Virus record (IMG/VR): IMGVR_UViG_3300011335_000731
Location: 1 to 64,000 of that record
Direction: 5' to 3' (one strand)
DNA: 64,000 bases
Origin: a virus
Lineage: Duplodnaviria > Caudoviricetes
The position numbers were made by a program, and so were the translations under genes. The notes under the pieces are model-generated. The model was not told the DNA's origin, did no database searches, and worked only from the letters and a program-made list of their open reading frames with translations. Shown one piece after another: positions 27,951-37,209 of this stretch; the stretch's first letter is position 1, and each line of letters begins with the position of its first letter.

Positions 27951-29090
27951 ATGGCAACCCTAGCAGCCAAAGCAAACATCAAAGCACTGAATCCGCGTAG
28001 CCCTGACACAAAATATGTTGGGCACGAACCTGAGTGGCGTGTGCAACCCACGGAAAATCGTGCCAGCAAGTTCAGCAATGCGTTTGGCTGGTATAACTAT
28101 TTCTACGGCAAGAAAGATGCCAAGGACTTCATTGGTGCTTACTTGGATGCACACAATCGCACCAAAGACGCTCGCCGCATCCGCACTCTGCCAGACAGCC
28201 AAGTTCGCCTCACAACAGGCTGGCTGTGCCGTATGGTCACCATGGGGCTGGAACTCACTGATCAGGAACAGATCAAACTAGACAATCTGATCCTGGAACT
28301 GTTGGCAGAAAAGCAAGCAGAACCTACAGAAGCAGTGGAAGCAAAACCTGCTGGCCCTACCATCCAGGATCGTCTCAAAGAAAAAGCCACAGAATGCGCC
28401 GGTGAGATTGAAGGCCTGTTTGACGACTTCATTGCCGCGGGTGCTAAAATGTCAGCACAATTCCAGCCCATCACAATCATCCGTGGGCACAATGTAGCAC
28501 CGCAACTGATTCATCAGATCCAACAAATCTGGAAAAACCACTTGACTGAACTGGAAGCAGTGGTGGCAGGCAAGGATGCACAGTTGGTAGAAGGCTACGG
28601 CTATCTAACCAAGACTCAACTCAAGCAACTGGTAAAGTTTGCTGAGCAAGTGATAACTGACTGCAATAACTATGTGCAGATCAAGAAAGTGGAACGCAAA
28701 CCGCGGGCCAAGAAAGCAGTGAGCCCAGAAAAAGTCACAGCCAAGTTCAAGTATCTCAAGACATTCCCAGACCTCAAACTGGTAAGTGAGCCTGCTGTGA
28801 AACTGGTAGATGCCACAGAAGCCTGGCTGTACGACACTGTGAAACGCAAACTGATCCATGTGGTGGGTGATGCACATCGTGGCAACTTCACCGTAAAGAG
28901 TTCTGCTGTGATTGGCTTCGATACCGGTGCAAGTTCGCAGAAAACTCTGCGTAAGCCAGCAGAAACCTTGAAAGCATTGTTGGCAGCAGGCAAGCCAGCC
29001 ACACGCAAGATCTTCAAAGAGTTGAGCACCACAGAAACCCAATGGAATGGGCGTGGCAACGAGAATTTGATAATCCTCAAGGTCTGGTGA
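27951..29090 (+). CDS. Hypothetical early protein
   Basis: 379 aa, good codon usage, AAGGA RBS; C-terminal KTLRKP...GRGNENLIILKVW; function not recognised. Confidence 0.75.
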   Translation: MATLAAKANIKALNPRSPDTKYVGHEPEWRVQPTENRASKFSNAFGWYNYFYGKKDAKDFIGAYLDAHNRTKDARRIRTLPDSQVRLTTGWLCRMVTMGLELTDQEQIKLDNLILELLAEKQAEPTEAVEAKPAGPTIQDRLKEKATECAGEIEGLFDDFIAAGAKMSAQFQPITIIRGHNVAPQLIHQIQQIWKNHLTELEAVVAGKDAQLVEGYGYLTKTQLKQLVKFAEQVITDCNNYVQIKKVERKPRAKKAVSPEKVTAKFKYLKTFPDLKLVSEPAVKLVDATEAWLYDTVKRKLIHVVGDAHRGNFTVKSSAVIGFDTGASSQKTLRKPAETLKALLAAGKPATRKIFKELSTTETQWNGRGNENLIILKVW

Positions 29091-29095
29091 TGTGC

Positions 29096-29121
29096 TAAAT
29101 ATTGGGGACGGAGTCCCCAAT
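29096..29121 (+). promoter_or_regulatory. Late motif TAAATA plus RBS/start-sequestering hairpin of gp13
   Basis: TAAATA (29096-29101) followed by ATTGGGGAC-GGA-GTCCCCAAT, a 9-bp stem that includes the start codon at 29120. Confidence 0.65.
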
Positions 29122-29890
29122 GGAAGAACAACAACAAATAGACCTAGTAACGCTCAAAAACAACCTTTTTGAGTATGTGCGCCTGCAACTGGGCAGCCAG
29201 ATCATTGACATTGAACTGGACCCAGCCCACTTTGAAGCAGCATATCAGAAGACCATTGGCACTTACCGCCAACGGGCCAACGCCGCGTATGAAGAATCAT
29301 ACAGTTTCATGCAGTTGGTCAATCAGCAAAACATCTACACCTTGCCGCAGGAAGTGCAGAGTGTGCGACAGATCTTCAAGCGCACTTTTGGTATAGCGTC
29401 AGGCCCTATGGGATCAAACTTTGATCCGTTCAGTCAAGCAACGATGAATGTGTACTTGATCAACTTCAACCAATCAGGCGGTCTTGCCACATACGATTTC
29501 TACAGTCAGTATGTGGAATTGGCTGCTAGGATGTTTGGCGGATTCTTAAACTACACTTGGAATCCCGTCACAAAGAAACTGCAAATCATCCGCAATCCAG
29601 CAGGCGGTGGTGAAGTAGTGCTATTATGGACCTACAATCTCAAACCAGAGATCCAGTTGTTGAGTGATTTCCAGATCCAGCAGTGGATCAGAGATTACAC
29701 TGTGGCGGCTTGCAAGATGATCATCGGTGAAGCCCGTGAAAAATTTGGCACTATCGCCGGACCCAATGGCGGCGGCACACTAAACGGTGCTGCTATGAAA
29801 TCCGAAGCCAAAGAAGAGATGGCAGATCTCATCAAGCAATTGGTGAATTATGTTGATGGAAGTCAGCCATTAACCTTTGTGATTGGGTAA
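29120..29890 (+). CDS. gp13: Neck protein (T4 gp13-like)
   Basis: IDIELDPAHFE, WIRDYTVAACKMIIGEAREKF, GPNGGGTLNG motifs; likely start 29120. Confidence 0.85.
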   Translation: MEEQQQIDLVTLKNNLFEYVRLQLGSQIIDIELDPAHFEAAYQKTIGTYRQRANAAYEESYSFMQLVNQQNIYTLPQEVQSVRQIFKRTFGIASGPMGSNFDPFSQATMNVYLINFNQSGGLATYDFYSQYVELAARMFGGFLNYTWNPVTKKLQIIRNPAGGGEVVLLWTYNLKPEIQLLSDFQIQQWIRDYTVAACKMIIGEAREKFGTIAGPNGGGTLNGAAMKSEAKEEMADLIKQLVNYVDGSQPLTFVIG

Positions 29891-29905
29891 GATCTGTGCT
29901 ATAAT
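29877..29905 (+). promoter_or_regulatory. Sigma70-type promoter
   Basis: TTGTGA-17 bp-TG-C-TATAAT; ATG 29912 lies 7 nt downstream. Confidence 0.7.
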
Positions 29906-29911
29906 TAGCAC

Positions 29912-30436
29912 ATGGCTGATCTAATGATTGATATTGAAACGGTAGGCACAGGCCCAGAAGCCTGTATCCTGACCATCGCCGCCCAGGCATTTGACCCACT
30001 GGGCACGGGCTATCACAAACAACAATTCTATGCTCGAATTGACCCCGACAGTCAACCTGGCCGTAACATCGAACAAGGCACAATTGAGTGGTGGGCTACA
30101 CAACCCGCTGAAGCACAGGAAGAAGCCTTTGGATTAGACAATCGTATCTCACTAGATACGGCATTGGAAGAACTGGGACGGTTGATCTGGAAATCAAAAA
30201 CGATCTGGGCCAACGGACCAACTTTTGACATGAACATTCTTGAGCATGCTTACAAGAGTTTCGGCCGCCCGCTGCCTTGGCAATACTACAGAGTAAGAGA
30301 TGCTCGAACTGTATATGCTCTATATCCGGGCCTGGGTAAGCCACCTGCAAGCCATCACGCATTGGAAGATTGTCGTAGACAGATCGATCTTCTACAGGCT
30401 ACACTTCAACATCTAAATGTAAAGGCACTATCATGA
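29912..30436 (+). CDS. DEDDh 3'-5' exonuclease (DUF5051/RNase T-like)
   Basis: LMIDIETVG, WANGPTFD, RDART, HHALED motifs. Confidence 0.88.
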   Translation: MADLMIDIETVGTGPEACILTIAAQAFDPLGTGYHKQQFYARIDPDSQPGRNIEQGTIEWWATQPAEAQEEAFGLDNRISLDTALEELGRLIWKSKTIWANGPTFDMNILEHAYKSFGRPLPWQYYRVRDARTVYALYPGLGKPPASHHALEDCRRQIDLLQATLQHLNVKALS

Positions 30437-31080
30437 TTATTGGAATCTGCGGATTCATTTCAGCGGGCAAAGACACTGCTGCTGACTATTTGGTAAACTT
30501 TCACGGCTTTCGTCGTGACTCATTTGCAGCCACACTCAAAGACGCTGTGGCTTCAGTGTTTGGTTGGGATCGAGAACTGCTAGAAGGCCGCACACGATCC
30601 GCCCGTGAGTGGCGTGAGCAAGTGGATCCTTGGTGGGCTGAACGGCTTGGAATGCCGCACTTGACACCACGCTGGGCTCTGCAATACTGGGGCACAGAAG
30701 TGGGCAGGAATGCGTTTCACACAGACATCTGGATTGCTAGTTTGGAAAACAAACTGCGTAAAAGCGCAGACAACATCGTGATTTCAGACTGTAGATTTTA
30801 CAATGAAGTGGCTGCTATCAAGAATATTGGTGGGCGTGTGATCTGGATCCAGCGTGGAATAATCCCGCACTGGTACGACATAGCATCTAAAGCCAATCAC
30901 GGCGACGAAGCAGCACAGCGTTGGTTAGATAAAGAAGGTGTGCATGCTAGTGAATACTCCTGGGCTGGCACTACATTTGATCATGTTGTGGAAAACAATT
31001 CCACAGTGGATGATCTATACCGGCAACTCAGCGGTCTGCTTGCAGCGGATTTGGCACCCAAGGAACATCCAGTCGCCTGA
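30433..31080 (+). CDS. Deoxynucleoside monophosphate kinase (T4 gp1-like)
   Basis: IIGICGFISAGKDT P-loop variant, PRWALQYWGTE, VISDCRFYNE. Confidence 0.9.
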   Translation: MIIGICGFISAGKDTAADYLVNFHGFRRDSFAATLKDAVASVFGWDRELLEGRTRSAREWREQVDPWWAERLGMPHLTPRWALQYWGTEVGRNAFHTDIWIASLENKLRKSADNIVISDCRFYNEVAAIKNIGGRVIWIQRGIIPHWYDIASKANHGDEAAQRWLDKEGVHASEYSWAGTTFDHVVENNSTVDDLYRQLSGLLAADLAPKEHPVA

Positions 31081-31372
31081 CTTCCTCCACACAGTTCAGA
31101 CACACAGTCCTGAGATTGTTCAGGGCAACATTGTTCATATTGCTATCTATGTGATATACCAAGGTCTGACTGGCAAATCTTGGCTTAAACCCACAGCGAT
31201 CGCATGTGGGTTTTTTCTTGTATCCTGCTCGTTTCCATAGTGCGTCTGGCGGCTTGATCTTCTTGTTTCTACGGATGCAGTGATCGCATCGTGCCCGATA
31301 GTGGGTGATTCCATCTCGAACATAGTTCACTGCCACTAGGCGTTGGTTGCAGGCTGTACACATGGGTCTCAT
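31028..31372 (-). CDS. Zinc-binding HNH-like protein
   Basis: Four CxxC pairs (CTAC, CDHC, CDRC, CLNC) and YHIDSNMNN...NLRTVC HNH-like motif; TAAATA 4 nt upstream. Confidence 0.7.
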   Translation of the reverse strand: MRPMCTACNQRLVAVNYVRDGITHYRARCDHCIRRNKKIKPPDALWKRAGYKKKPTCDRCGFKPRFASQTLVYHIDSNMNNVALNNLRTVCLNCVEEVRRLDVPWVPNPLQADR

Positions 31373-31376
31373 GGTG

Positions 31377-31382
31377 TATTTA
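31377..31382 (-). promoter_or_regulatory. Late-promoter motif TAAATA
   Basis: CATAAATA-CACC-ATG on the minus strand. Confidence 0.6.
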
Positions 31383-31438
31383 TGGTATAAACCTTTGGCA
31401 AAGGGCTCCTCAACCCCCCTGGTTTTGTGGTCATCCGA

Positions 31439-31444
31439 TAAATA
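31439..31444 (+). promoter_or_regulatory. Late-promoter motif TAAATA for tail sheath
   Basis: GATAAATA 27 nt before ATG 31472, with AAAGGAG RBS. Confidence 0.65.
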
Positions 31445-31471
31445 TCTGTAACAGTTTTTAAAGGAGCCAAC

Positions 31472-34400
31472 ATGGCACTAGTATCACCCGGAGTCCAAGT
31501 CACAGTGATTGACGAAAGTCAATACCTTCCAGCAGCCACAAATTCAGTACCGTACTTCCTGATTGCCACAGCACAGAACAAAGTATCAGGTTCAGGAGTC
31601 GGAGTAGCCGCAGGTACCTTAGCAGTCAATGCAAATCGTCTGTATCTGATCACCAGTCAGCGTGATCTTGCAGCCACCTTTGGTAATCCATTCTTCTACA
31701 AAACCACAGTGGGTACACCCATCAATGGTTACGAACTCAACGAATACGGCTTGTTGGCTGCTTATTCAGCATTAGGTGTCACAAATCGTGCTTATGTACA
31801 GCGTGTGGACATTGATCTTACTGAACTCACAGCCACTTTGGTTCGTCCTACTGGTGAACCAGACAACGGCACATATTGGTTGAATACCGCTACAACCCAA
31901 TGGGGTATCTTTGAATGGAATCAGACCACTGGTGCATTCAGCAACATGGTTCCGTCAGTGATCATCAGCACCACCGAACTCAGCAACGGAGTACCATTGC
32001 AAGATTACGGCGCCATTGGCGATTACACAGTAGTAGCCACCAACACAGCTAATCCTGTATACTACAAAAACGGTACAGTGGTAGCTGCAACAGGCAATTC
32101 TACCACTCTCAGCGACTTGTTTAATACATGGGTGTTAGTCGGAAGTGATGATTGGAAATTGAGTTACCCTGCTGTGCAAGGTGCTAATGCAGTGACCACA
32201 ACTCTTACCGCAGGTAACACCATTGTTATCAATGGTACCAGTGTAGCAGTTCCTGTGTCAACCAACAACACAATCCAAGGTCTCAGTGGTGCGATCAACA
32301 CTGCTAGTATCACTGGTGTGTATTCTGCTGTGATTGACAACAAACTTTGCTTGTTTGCAGATAGTTCAGCCACAGCCGACGGTTCTACAGCCGATGATGG
32401 TATCATCCGCATCAGTTCTACAGGATCTACAGTAGGATTGCTCACAACATTAGGACTTACAGCCGAAGTCACTTACTATGCTCCTGGCATACAACAAAGT
32501 CCAAACTACACATATCCTCGTTGGAGAACCACTGACGCTACTCCACGCCCTACAGGCAGCGTATGGAACAAGACCACTGCACAAAATCTTGGCACCGCCA
32601 TGATCGTGGAAAAATACAGCACCGCATTAGGTGCGTGGATCACACAGGCAGCTCCTGTGTATGAAAATGACTGGTCGGCCAATGCGGCATTGGACTCCAC
32701 CGGTGGCGGTAAGAATATTGCTGCTGGCACAACCTACACCCAATACAATGTGGATCCAGCCGCAAGTACAGTGGGAGCATATCCTTACAACAGCACTTAC
32801 ACTCTGCAGGTTTTTGAACGCAGCCCAGCTGGTCCCACAGTAGTAACTGGCAGCACTAGCACACCTAGTTTTACCAATGGTGATCAATTTACTATTACCA
32901 CAAGTCTGGTAAATTCTACTGCATTGAGCAGCACAGTCACTGTCACAGTAAACGGAACTGATGCGGCAGCATTTATCACTGCTGTGAGTTCTGCTGGTTT
33001 ACCCAATGTGGTAGCCACAGTGACCAGCACCGGTGCTATCGTTCTTACACAAAGCATTGGTGGCGTGATCCTGTTGCAAAATGTTAGCAACGACACTGCT
33101 GTGACTGATGCTGGTTTCACCACCAGCACCACAGGTTGCCGCAATATTGTAGACAACAATCAAGATGAGTATTTGCAACTCAGCGGATGGGTTCCATTGA
33201 CCTACACAGCCAGCAATGTAGCACCTGATCAAGATCCTGCAAATGGAACATACTGGTATTACTCAACAACCAGCCAAGTAGACATTATGATCCAAAGTGG
33301 ATCTGGTTGGGTAGGGTATCAAAACGAAACCAATGATACTCGCGGATACAATCTTTCTAATACCAATCCTACTGGGCCGATTATCTCTGCCACAGCACCC
33401 ACCACACAGACCGACGGTACCGTGTTGGTATACGGTGACATCTGGATTGACACCTCAGATCTGGAAACATATCCGGTAATCAAGCGTTGGCAACAAGTGG
33501 ATGGAGTGAATCAATGGGTATTGATTGACAACACCGACCAACAATCATCAAATGGTGTATTGTTTGCAGATGCTCGTTGGAGCACCACAGGTACTGTGAA
33601 CCCTATCACAGGTGATCTACCAAGTATCACATCTTTGCTCACAAGCGATTATTTGGATGTGGACGCTCCTGATTACACACTATTTCCAGCAGGTATGTTG
33701 TTGTTCAACACACGCCGTTCCGGATTCAATGTAAAGAGCTTCCGAGTTGATTACTTCAATGCTGCTGATTTCAGTTATCCTACATGGAGCAGTGGTACTA
33801 ACTATGCTGTGGGCGATCAAGTATTGTACAATGCTGTGCTGTATGTGGCGATCCAATCCAGCACCAATGAAAATCCTGCGACACAGACTTCATATTGGGA
33901 TCTACTAGAAACCAATTCATGGGTCACAGCAAGTGGTAATCGCAATGATGGCGCTCCAAACATGGGTCGTTTGGCTCAAAGAGCATTGATCGTTGCTGCA
34001 TTGAAATCAGGTATTGATACCAGTATCACAGTGCGTGAAGAACAAGCACAGTTCAACCTCATGGCCTGTACTGCATATCCTGAGTTGATTCCTAACATGG
34101 TTGCACTTAGCAACGAACGCAATAATACTGTGTTTGTTGTAGGTGACACACCTATGCGTTTGGGCGCAGATGGCACCGACATTATCTCTTGGGCCACAAA
34201 CAACAGCGGAACAGGAACATTTGCTGGTGACGGTCTCACAACCAGTTCACCATATGCTGGTGTGTTCTATCCAAGTTGCCAAACCACAGATCTTGGCGGA
34301 AGTGCAGTGGTCACAGCACCTAGCCACATGATGATCCGTACAATGATTCGCAGCGATGCAGTGAGTTATCCGTGGTTGGCACCCGCTGGTACACGCCGCG

Positions 34401-34930
34401 GTGTGATTGACAATGCTGCTAGAATTGGTTACATCAATGCTACCACAGGTGAATTTGTGACCATCGGTAACAACCAAGGTCTGCGTGATATTGAATACAC
34501 AAACAATATCAATCCAATCACATTTATTCCTGGTGTGGGCATCACTAACTTTGGTAACAAGACTATCTATGGTCAGACTTCTTCCTTGGATCGTATCAAC
34601 GTAGCACGACTGGTTGCGTTCATGCGTGGCAGATTGGAAGAAATCGGCAAGCAGTTCTTGTTTGAACCAAACGATCAGATCACTCGCAATGAAGTTACCA
34701 ATGCTGTAAATGGATTGTGTATTGATCTTGTGGCCAAGCGTGGTATCTATGACTTCTTGGTTGTGTGTGATGATTCAAACAACACACCTGCTAGAATTGA
34801 CGCCAATGAGCTGTGGGTTGATATCGCAATCGAACCTGTGAAGGCTGTGGAATTCATCTATATTCCATTGCGTCTCAAGAACACAGGTGCCATTTCTAAC
34901 TCACAAAGCGCTGTGGCATCCAGCGCCTAA
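31472..34930 (+). CDS. gp18: Tail sheath protein (T4 gp18-like), enlarged
   Basis: LVSPGVQVTVIDES N-terminus; WLAPAGTRRG, INPI, FGNKT, LDRINVARL, FLFEPND, IEPVKAVEFI C-terminus; 1152 aa. Confidence 0.95.
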   Translation: MALVSPGVQVTVIDESQYLPAATNSVPYFLIATAQNKVSGSGVGVAAGTLAVNANRLYLITSQRDLAATFGNPFFYKTTVGTPINGYELNEYGLLAAYSALGVTNRAYVQRVDIDLTELTATLVRPTGEPDNGTYWLNTATTQWGIFEWNQTTGAFSNMVPSVIISTTELSNGVPLQDYGAIGDYTVVATNTANPVYYKNGTVVAATGNSTTLSDLFNTWVLVGSDDWKLSYPAVQGANAVTTTLTAGNTIVINGTSVAVPVSTNNTIQGLSGAINTASITGVYSAVIDNKLCLFADSSATADGSTADDGIIRISSTGSTVGLLTTLGLTAEVTYYAPGIQQSPNYTYPRWRTTDATPRPTGSVWNKTTAQNLGTAMIVEKYSTALGAWITQAAPVYENDWSANAALDSTGGGKNIAAGTTYTQYNVDPAASTVGAYPYNSTYTLQVFERSPAGPTVVTGSTSTPSFTNGDQFTITTSLVNSTALSSTVTVTVNGTDAAAFITAVSSAGLPNVVATVTSTGAIVLTQSIGGVILLQNVSNDTAVTDAGFTTSTTGCRNIVDNNQDEYLQLSGWVPLTYTASNVAPDQDPANGTYWYYSTTSQVDIMIQSGSGWVGYQNETNDTRGYNLSNTNPTGPIISATAPTTQTDGTVLVYGDIWIDTSDLETYPVIKRWQQVDGVNQWVLIDNTDQQSSNGVLFADARWSTTGTVNPITGDLPSITSLLTSDYLDVDAPDYTLFPAGMLLFNTRRSGFNVKSFRVDYFNAADFSYPTWSSGTNYAVGDQVLYNAVLYVAIQSSTNENPATQTSYWDLLETNSWVTASGNRNDGAPNMGRLAQRALIVAALKSGIDTSITVREEQAQFNLMACTAYPELIPNMVALSNERNNTVFVVGDTPMRLGADGTDIISWATNNSGTGTFAGDGLTTSSPYAGVFYPSCQTTDLGGSAVVTAPSHMMIRTMIRSDAVSYPWLAPAGTRRGVIDNAARIGYINATTGEFVTIGNNQGLRDIEYTNNINPITFIPGVGITNFGNKTIYGQTSSLDRINVARLVAFMRGRLEEIGKQFLFEPNDQITRNEVTNAVNGLCIDLVAKRGIYDFLVVCDDSNNTPARIDANELWVDIAIEPVKAVEFIYIPLRLKNTGAISNSQSAVASSA

Positions 34931-34945
34931 CGGCACCGCTAGAAC

Positions 34946-34977
34946 AGAAAATGGGGTGGAAACACCCCTTTTCTTTT
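34946..34977 (+). terminator. Intrinsic terminator after gp18
   Basis: GGGGTG-GAAA-CACCCC followed by TTTTCTTTT. Confidence 0.85.
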
Positions 34978-34991
34978 GGCCTCAACAGAGG

Positions 34992-34997
34992 TAAATA
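34992..34997 (+). promoter_or_regulatory. Late-promoter motif TAAATA for tail tube
   Basis: GGTAAATA 21 nt before ATG 35019, with AGGAG RBS. Confidence 0.65.
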
Positions 34998-35018
34998 AAT
35001 GCATAGGAGATTACAAAT

Positions 35019-35636
35019 ATGGCTGTTTCATCATTAACAAGAATGACAGTGCCCTTGGCAAGCGATCAAAGCGCGAGTAACCAAGGCTTGCTCATGCCCA
35101 AACTCAGTTATCGCTTCCGAGTGATATTTGAGAACTTCGGGGTGAGCACACCACGAACAGAACTTACCAAACAGGTGATTGACTTCAAGCGTCCTAATGT
35201 GACATTTGATGAGATCACTATTCCAATCTACAACAGTACATTGTATCTGGCAGGAAAATACAAGTGGGCCACTACCACTTGCAATCTGCGTGACGATGCA
35301 TCAGGTGCTGTGAGTCGTTTAGTTGGCGAGCAAATACAGAAGCAAATGGACTTCTTAGAAATGGCGTCTGCTGCATCAGGTATTGACTACAAGTTTACCA
35401 CTCGTTTCGAAGTGCTGGACGGTGGTAACGGTGCTGCTGAACCCACTGTGTTGGAAACTTGGGAACTGTATGGTTGCATGCTCGAAGGTGCCGATTACGG
35501 CAGTGCCAGCTATGGCGAAAGCAAGGCCCTGCAGATTGGTCTCACAATTAGATTTGACAATGCTAACCAAACACCTAATGGAAGTGGTATTGGTAGCACT
35601 ATTGCTAGAACAGTCAACGATGTTGTGACAGGATAA
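35019..35636 (+). CDS. gp19: Tail tube protein (T4 gp19-like)
   Basis: KLSYRFRVIF, YLAGKYKW, LRDD, WELYGC, LTIRFD; follows the sheath gene. Confidence 0.88.
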   Translation: MAVSSLTRMTVPLASDQSASNQGLLMPKLSYRFRVIFENFGVSTPRTELTKQVIDFKRPNVTFDEITIPIYNSTLYLAGKYKWATTTCNLRDDASGAVSRLVGEQIQKQMDFLEMASAASGIDYKFTTRFEVLDGGNGAAEPTVLETWELYGCMLEGADYGSASYGESKALQIGLTIRFDNANQTPNGSGIGSTIARTVNDVVTG

Positions 35637-35642
35637 TCGCAA

Positions 35643-36845
35643 ATGTCTTGGGGACAGGACTTTTCAAAAGAGTTTTTTGGTGGGCAAGGTCTCAAAGACT
35701 ACGCCCACGCTTCAAAGACCTTCCGCACCAACGGATATGAATACGCGCCACGGAACAAGTTTTTGTTCCATTGCTACTTCAATCTCAATGTCAGCAAGAT
35801 TCCGACTCTGGCGTCGATATACAACAGCACAGAAAAAGCCACAATTGGTCTCATGGTCAAGACCATACAGTTGCCTAAGTTTACCATTGACACAGAAATA
35901 CTGAATCAATACAATCGCAAACGGGTAATCCAAAAGAAGATCAATTACAGCTCGGTACAAACAACCTTTCATGATGATGGCGGAGATCTGATTCGTAGCA
36001 TGTGGTACAACTACTACAGTTACTACTACAAAGATCCTAGCCAGGCATATGGACCACCGGCACAAAATGGCGATATCGGCCAGGTAGCCACTTTGCCCGG
36101 GTTTGACTATAATGCTAGAGATATCTACACCAATGATCGAGTGATCAATGACTGGGGTTATATCGGCGAAGCCTATGATCAAGGCAATGCCGGTAGTGGT
36201 GGCGTAGGATCAGGTGGCGATCAGAATTCAGGCAAACCTGCGTTCTTTAGAGATATCACAATCTATGGCATGGACCAACACAAATGGGTTGGCTATGTGC
36301 TGGTCAATCCAATAATCAAGAGTTGGGATCACGACACATATAACTACAGTGAAAACGCTGGTATCATGCAAAATTCAATGACCATAGACTACGAAACTGT
36401 GAAATATTATTCAGGCGCCATTGGCGGGTCAAGGGCGGATACCAATGTGGTTGGATTTGCAGATCCTGCTTACTATGACAATGTACGATCTAGCTTGGCA
36501 AGACCGGGCAGTACACAAACTGTGCTAGGGCAAGGTGGCTTGTTGGATGCTGGTATTGGTATCATACAAGATCTGCAGGCTAGAGGTCCGGCTGGTATTA
36601 TCGGCGCTGTGCAGAAAGCCGGTACTGCTTACAACACATTCAAAGGCAAGGATCTACGATCTGTTGTGAATGAAGAAGCCAACATTGCATTGAAGAGTGC
36701 ATTGAAAAACACTCTTCCTGCTCAAGTTCGTCAGGCACAAAATAATTCAGGAGGAATTGTTTTTCCAAGAGAACCTAAATTTGTTCTTGGCGATCAACGT
36801 GGACCACTAAGTGGTACACAGAGAATAACAATACAACAAAGATAA
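35643..36845 (+). CDS. Tail-tube-fold baseplate/tube junction protein (gp54/gp48-like)
   Basis: LMVKTIQLPK, TFHDD, FFRDITIY, LVNPII, TIDYE tube-fold motifs; downstream of gp19. Confidence 0.6.
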   Translation: MSWGQDFSKEFFGGQGLKDYAHASKTFRTNGYEYAPRNKFLFHCYFNLNVSKIPTLASIYNSTEKATIGLMVKTIQLPKFTIDTEILNQYNRKRVIQKKINYSSVQTTFHDDGGDLIRSMWYNYYSYYYKDPSQAYGPPAQNGDIGQVATLPGFDYNARDIYTNDRVINDWGYIGEAYDQGNAGSGGVGSGGDQNSGKPAFFRDITIYGMDQHKWVGYVLVNPIIKSWDHDTYNYSENAGIMQNSMTIDYETVKYYSGAIGGSRADTNVVGFADPAYYDNVRSSLARPGSTQTVLGQGGLLDAGIGIIQDLQARGPAGIIGAVQKAGTAYNTFKGKDLRSVVNEEANIALKSALKNTLPAQVRQAQNNSGGIVFPREPKFVLGDQRGPLSGTQRITIQQR

Positions 36846-36846
36846 T

Positions 36847-37209
36847 ATGGGCGGAACAGTTAACGCACTCAACACCAATGTAGATCTCACAGTTAGAATC
36901 TACGATCAGTTCTATACCTACGAACAATTTGTCAATGCTGAAGAATATGATGCTGTATTCAGCTATATGAGATCAGTATTCACTACAGATATCGCAGCAG
37001 GCAATTTTACGGTAGCATTGTTTCGCATTTCAGATACCACTGGCACACCGGTTCTGACTATTTTGCAAGAAATCCAAGGGCAAGATTCCATCCAACTCAC
37101 GCTAACACTTTGTTATTATCTCAACAACATAAGAAGCGGCAGCACATTGTTGGGTGTAGGCGCATCGGTTACCCCTAACTATTACACCGCAAGGAATGTG
37201 CTGGCATGA
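36847..37209 (+). CDS. Hypothetical protein
   Basis: 120 aa ORF tightly packed between tail and head-completion genes. Confidence 0.7.
   Translation: MGGTVNALNTNVDLTVRIYDQFYTYEQFVNAEEYDAVFSYMRSVFTTDIAAGNFTVALFRISDTTGTPVLTILQEIQGQDSIQLTLTLCYYLNNIRSGSTLLGVGASVTPNYYTARNVLA

Noticed and set aside
28605-29137. Antisense ORFs of 155-171 aa opposite the 379-aa early gene
   Set aside because: No recognisable motifs; explained by the codon bias of the sense gene.
31380-31471. Intergenic stretches as possible tRNA genes (also 51438-51574)
   Set aside because: No cloverleaf, no TTCGA T-loop and no CCA end; explained by promoters and short hairpins.
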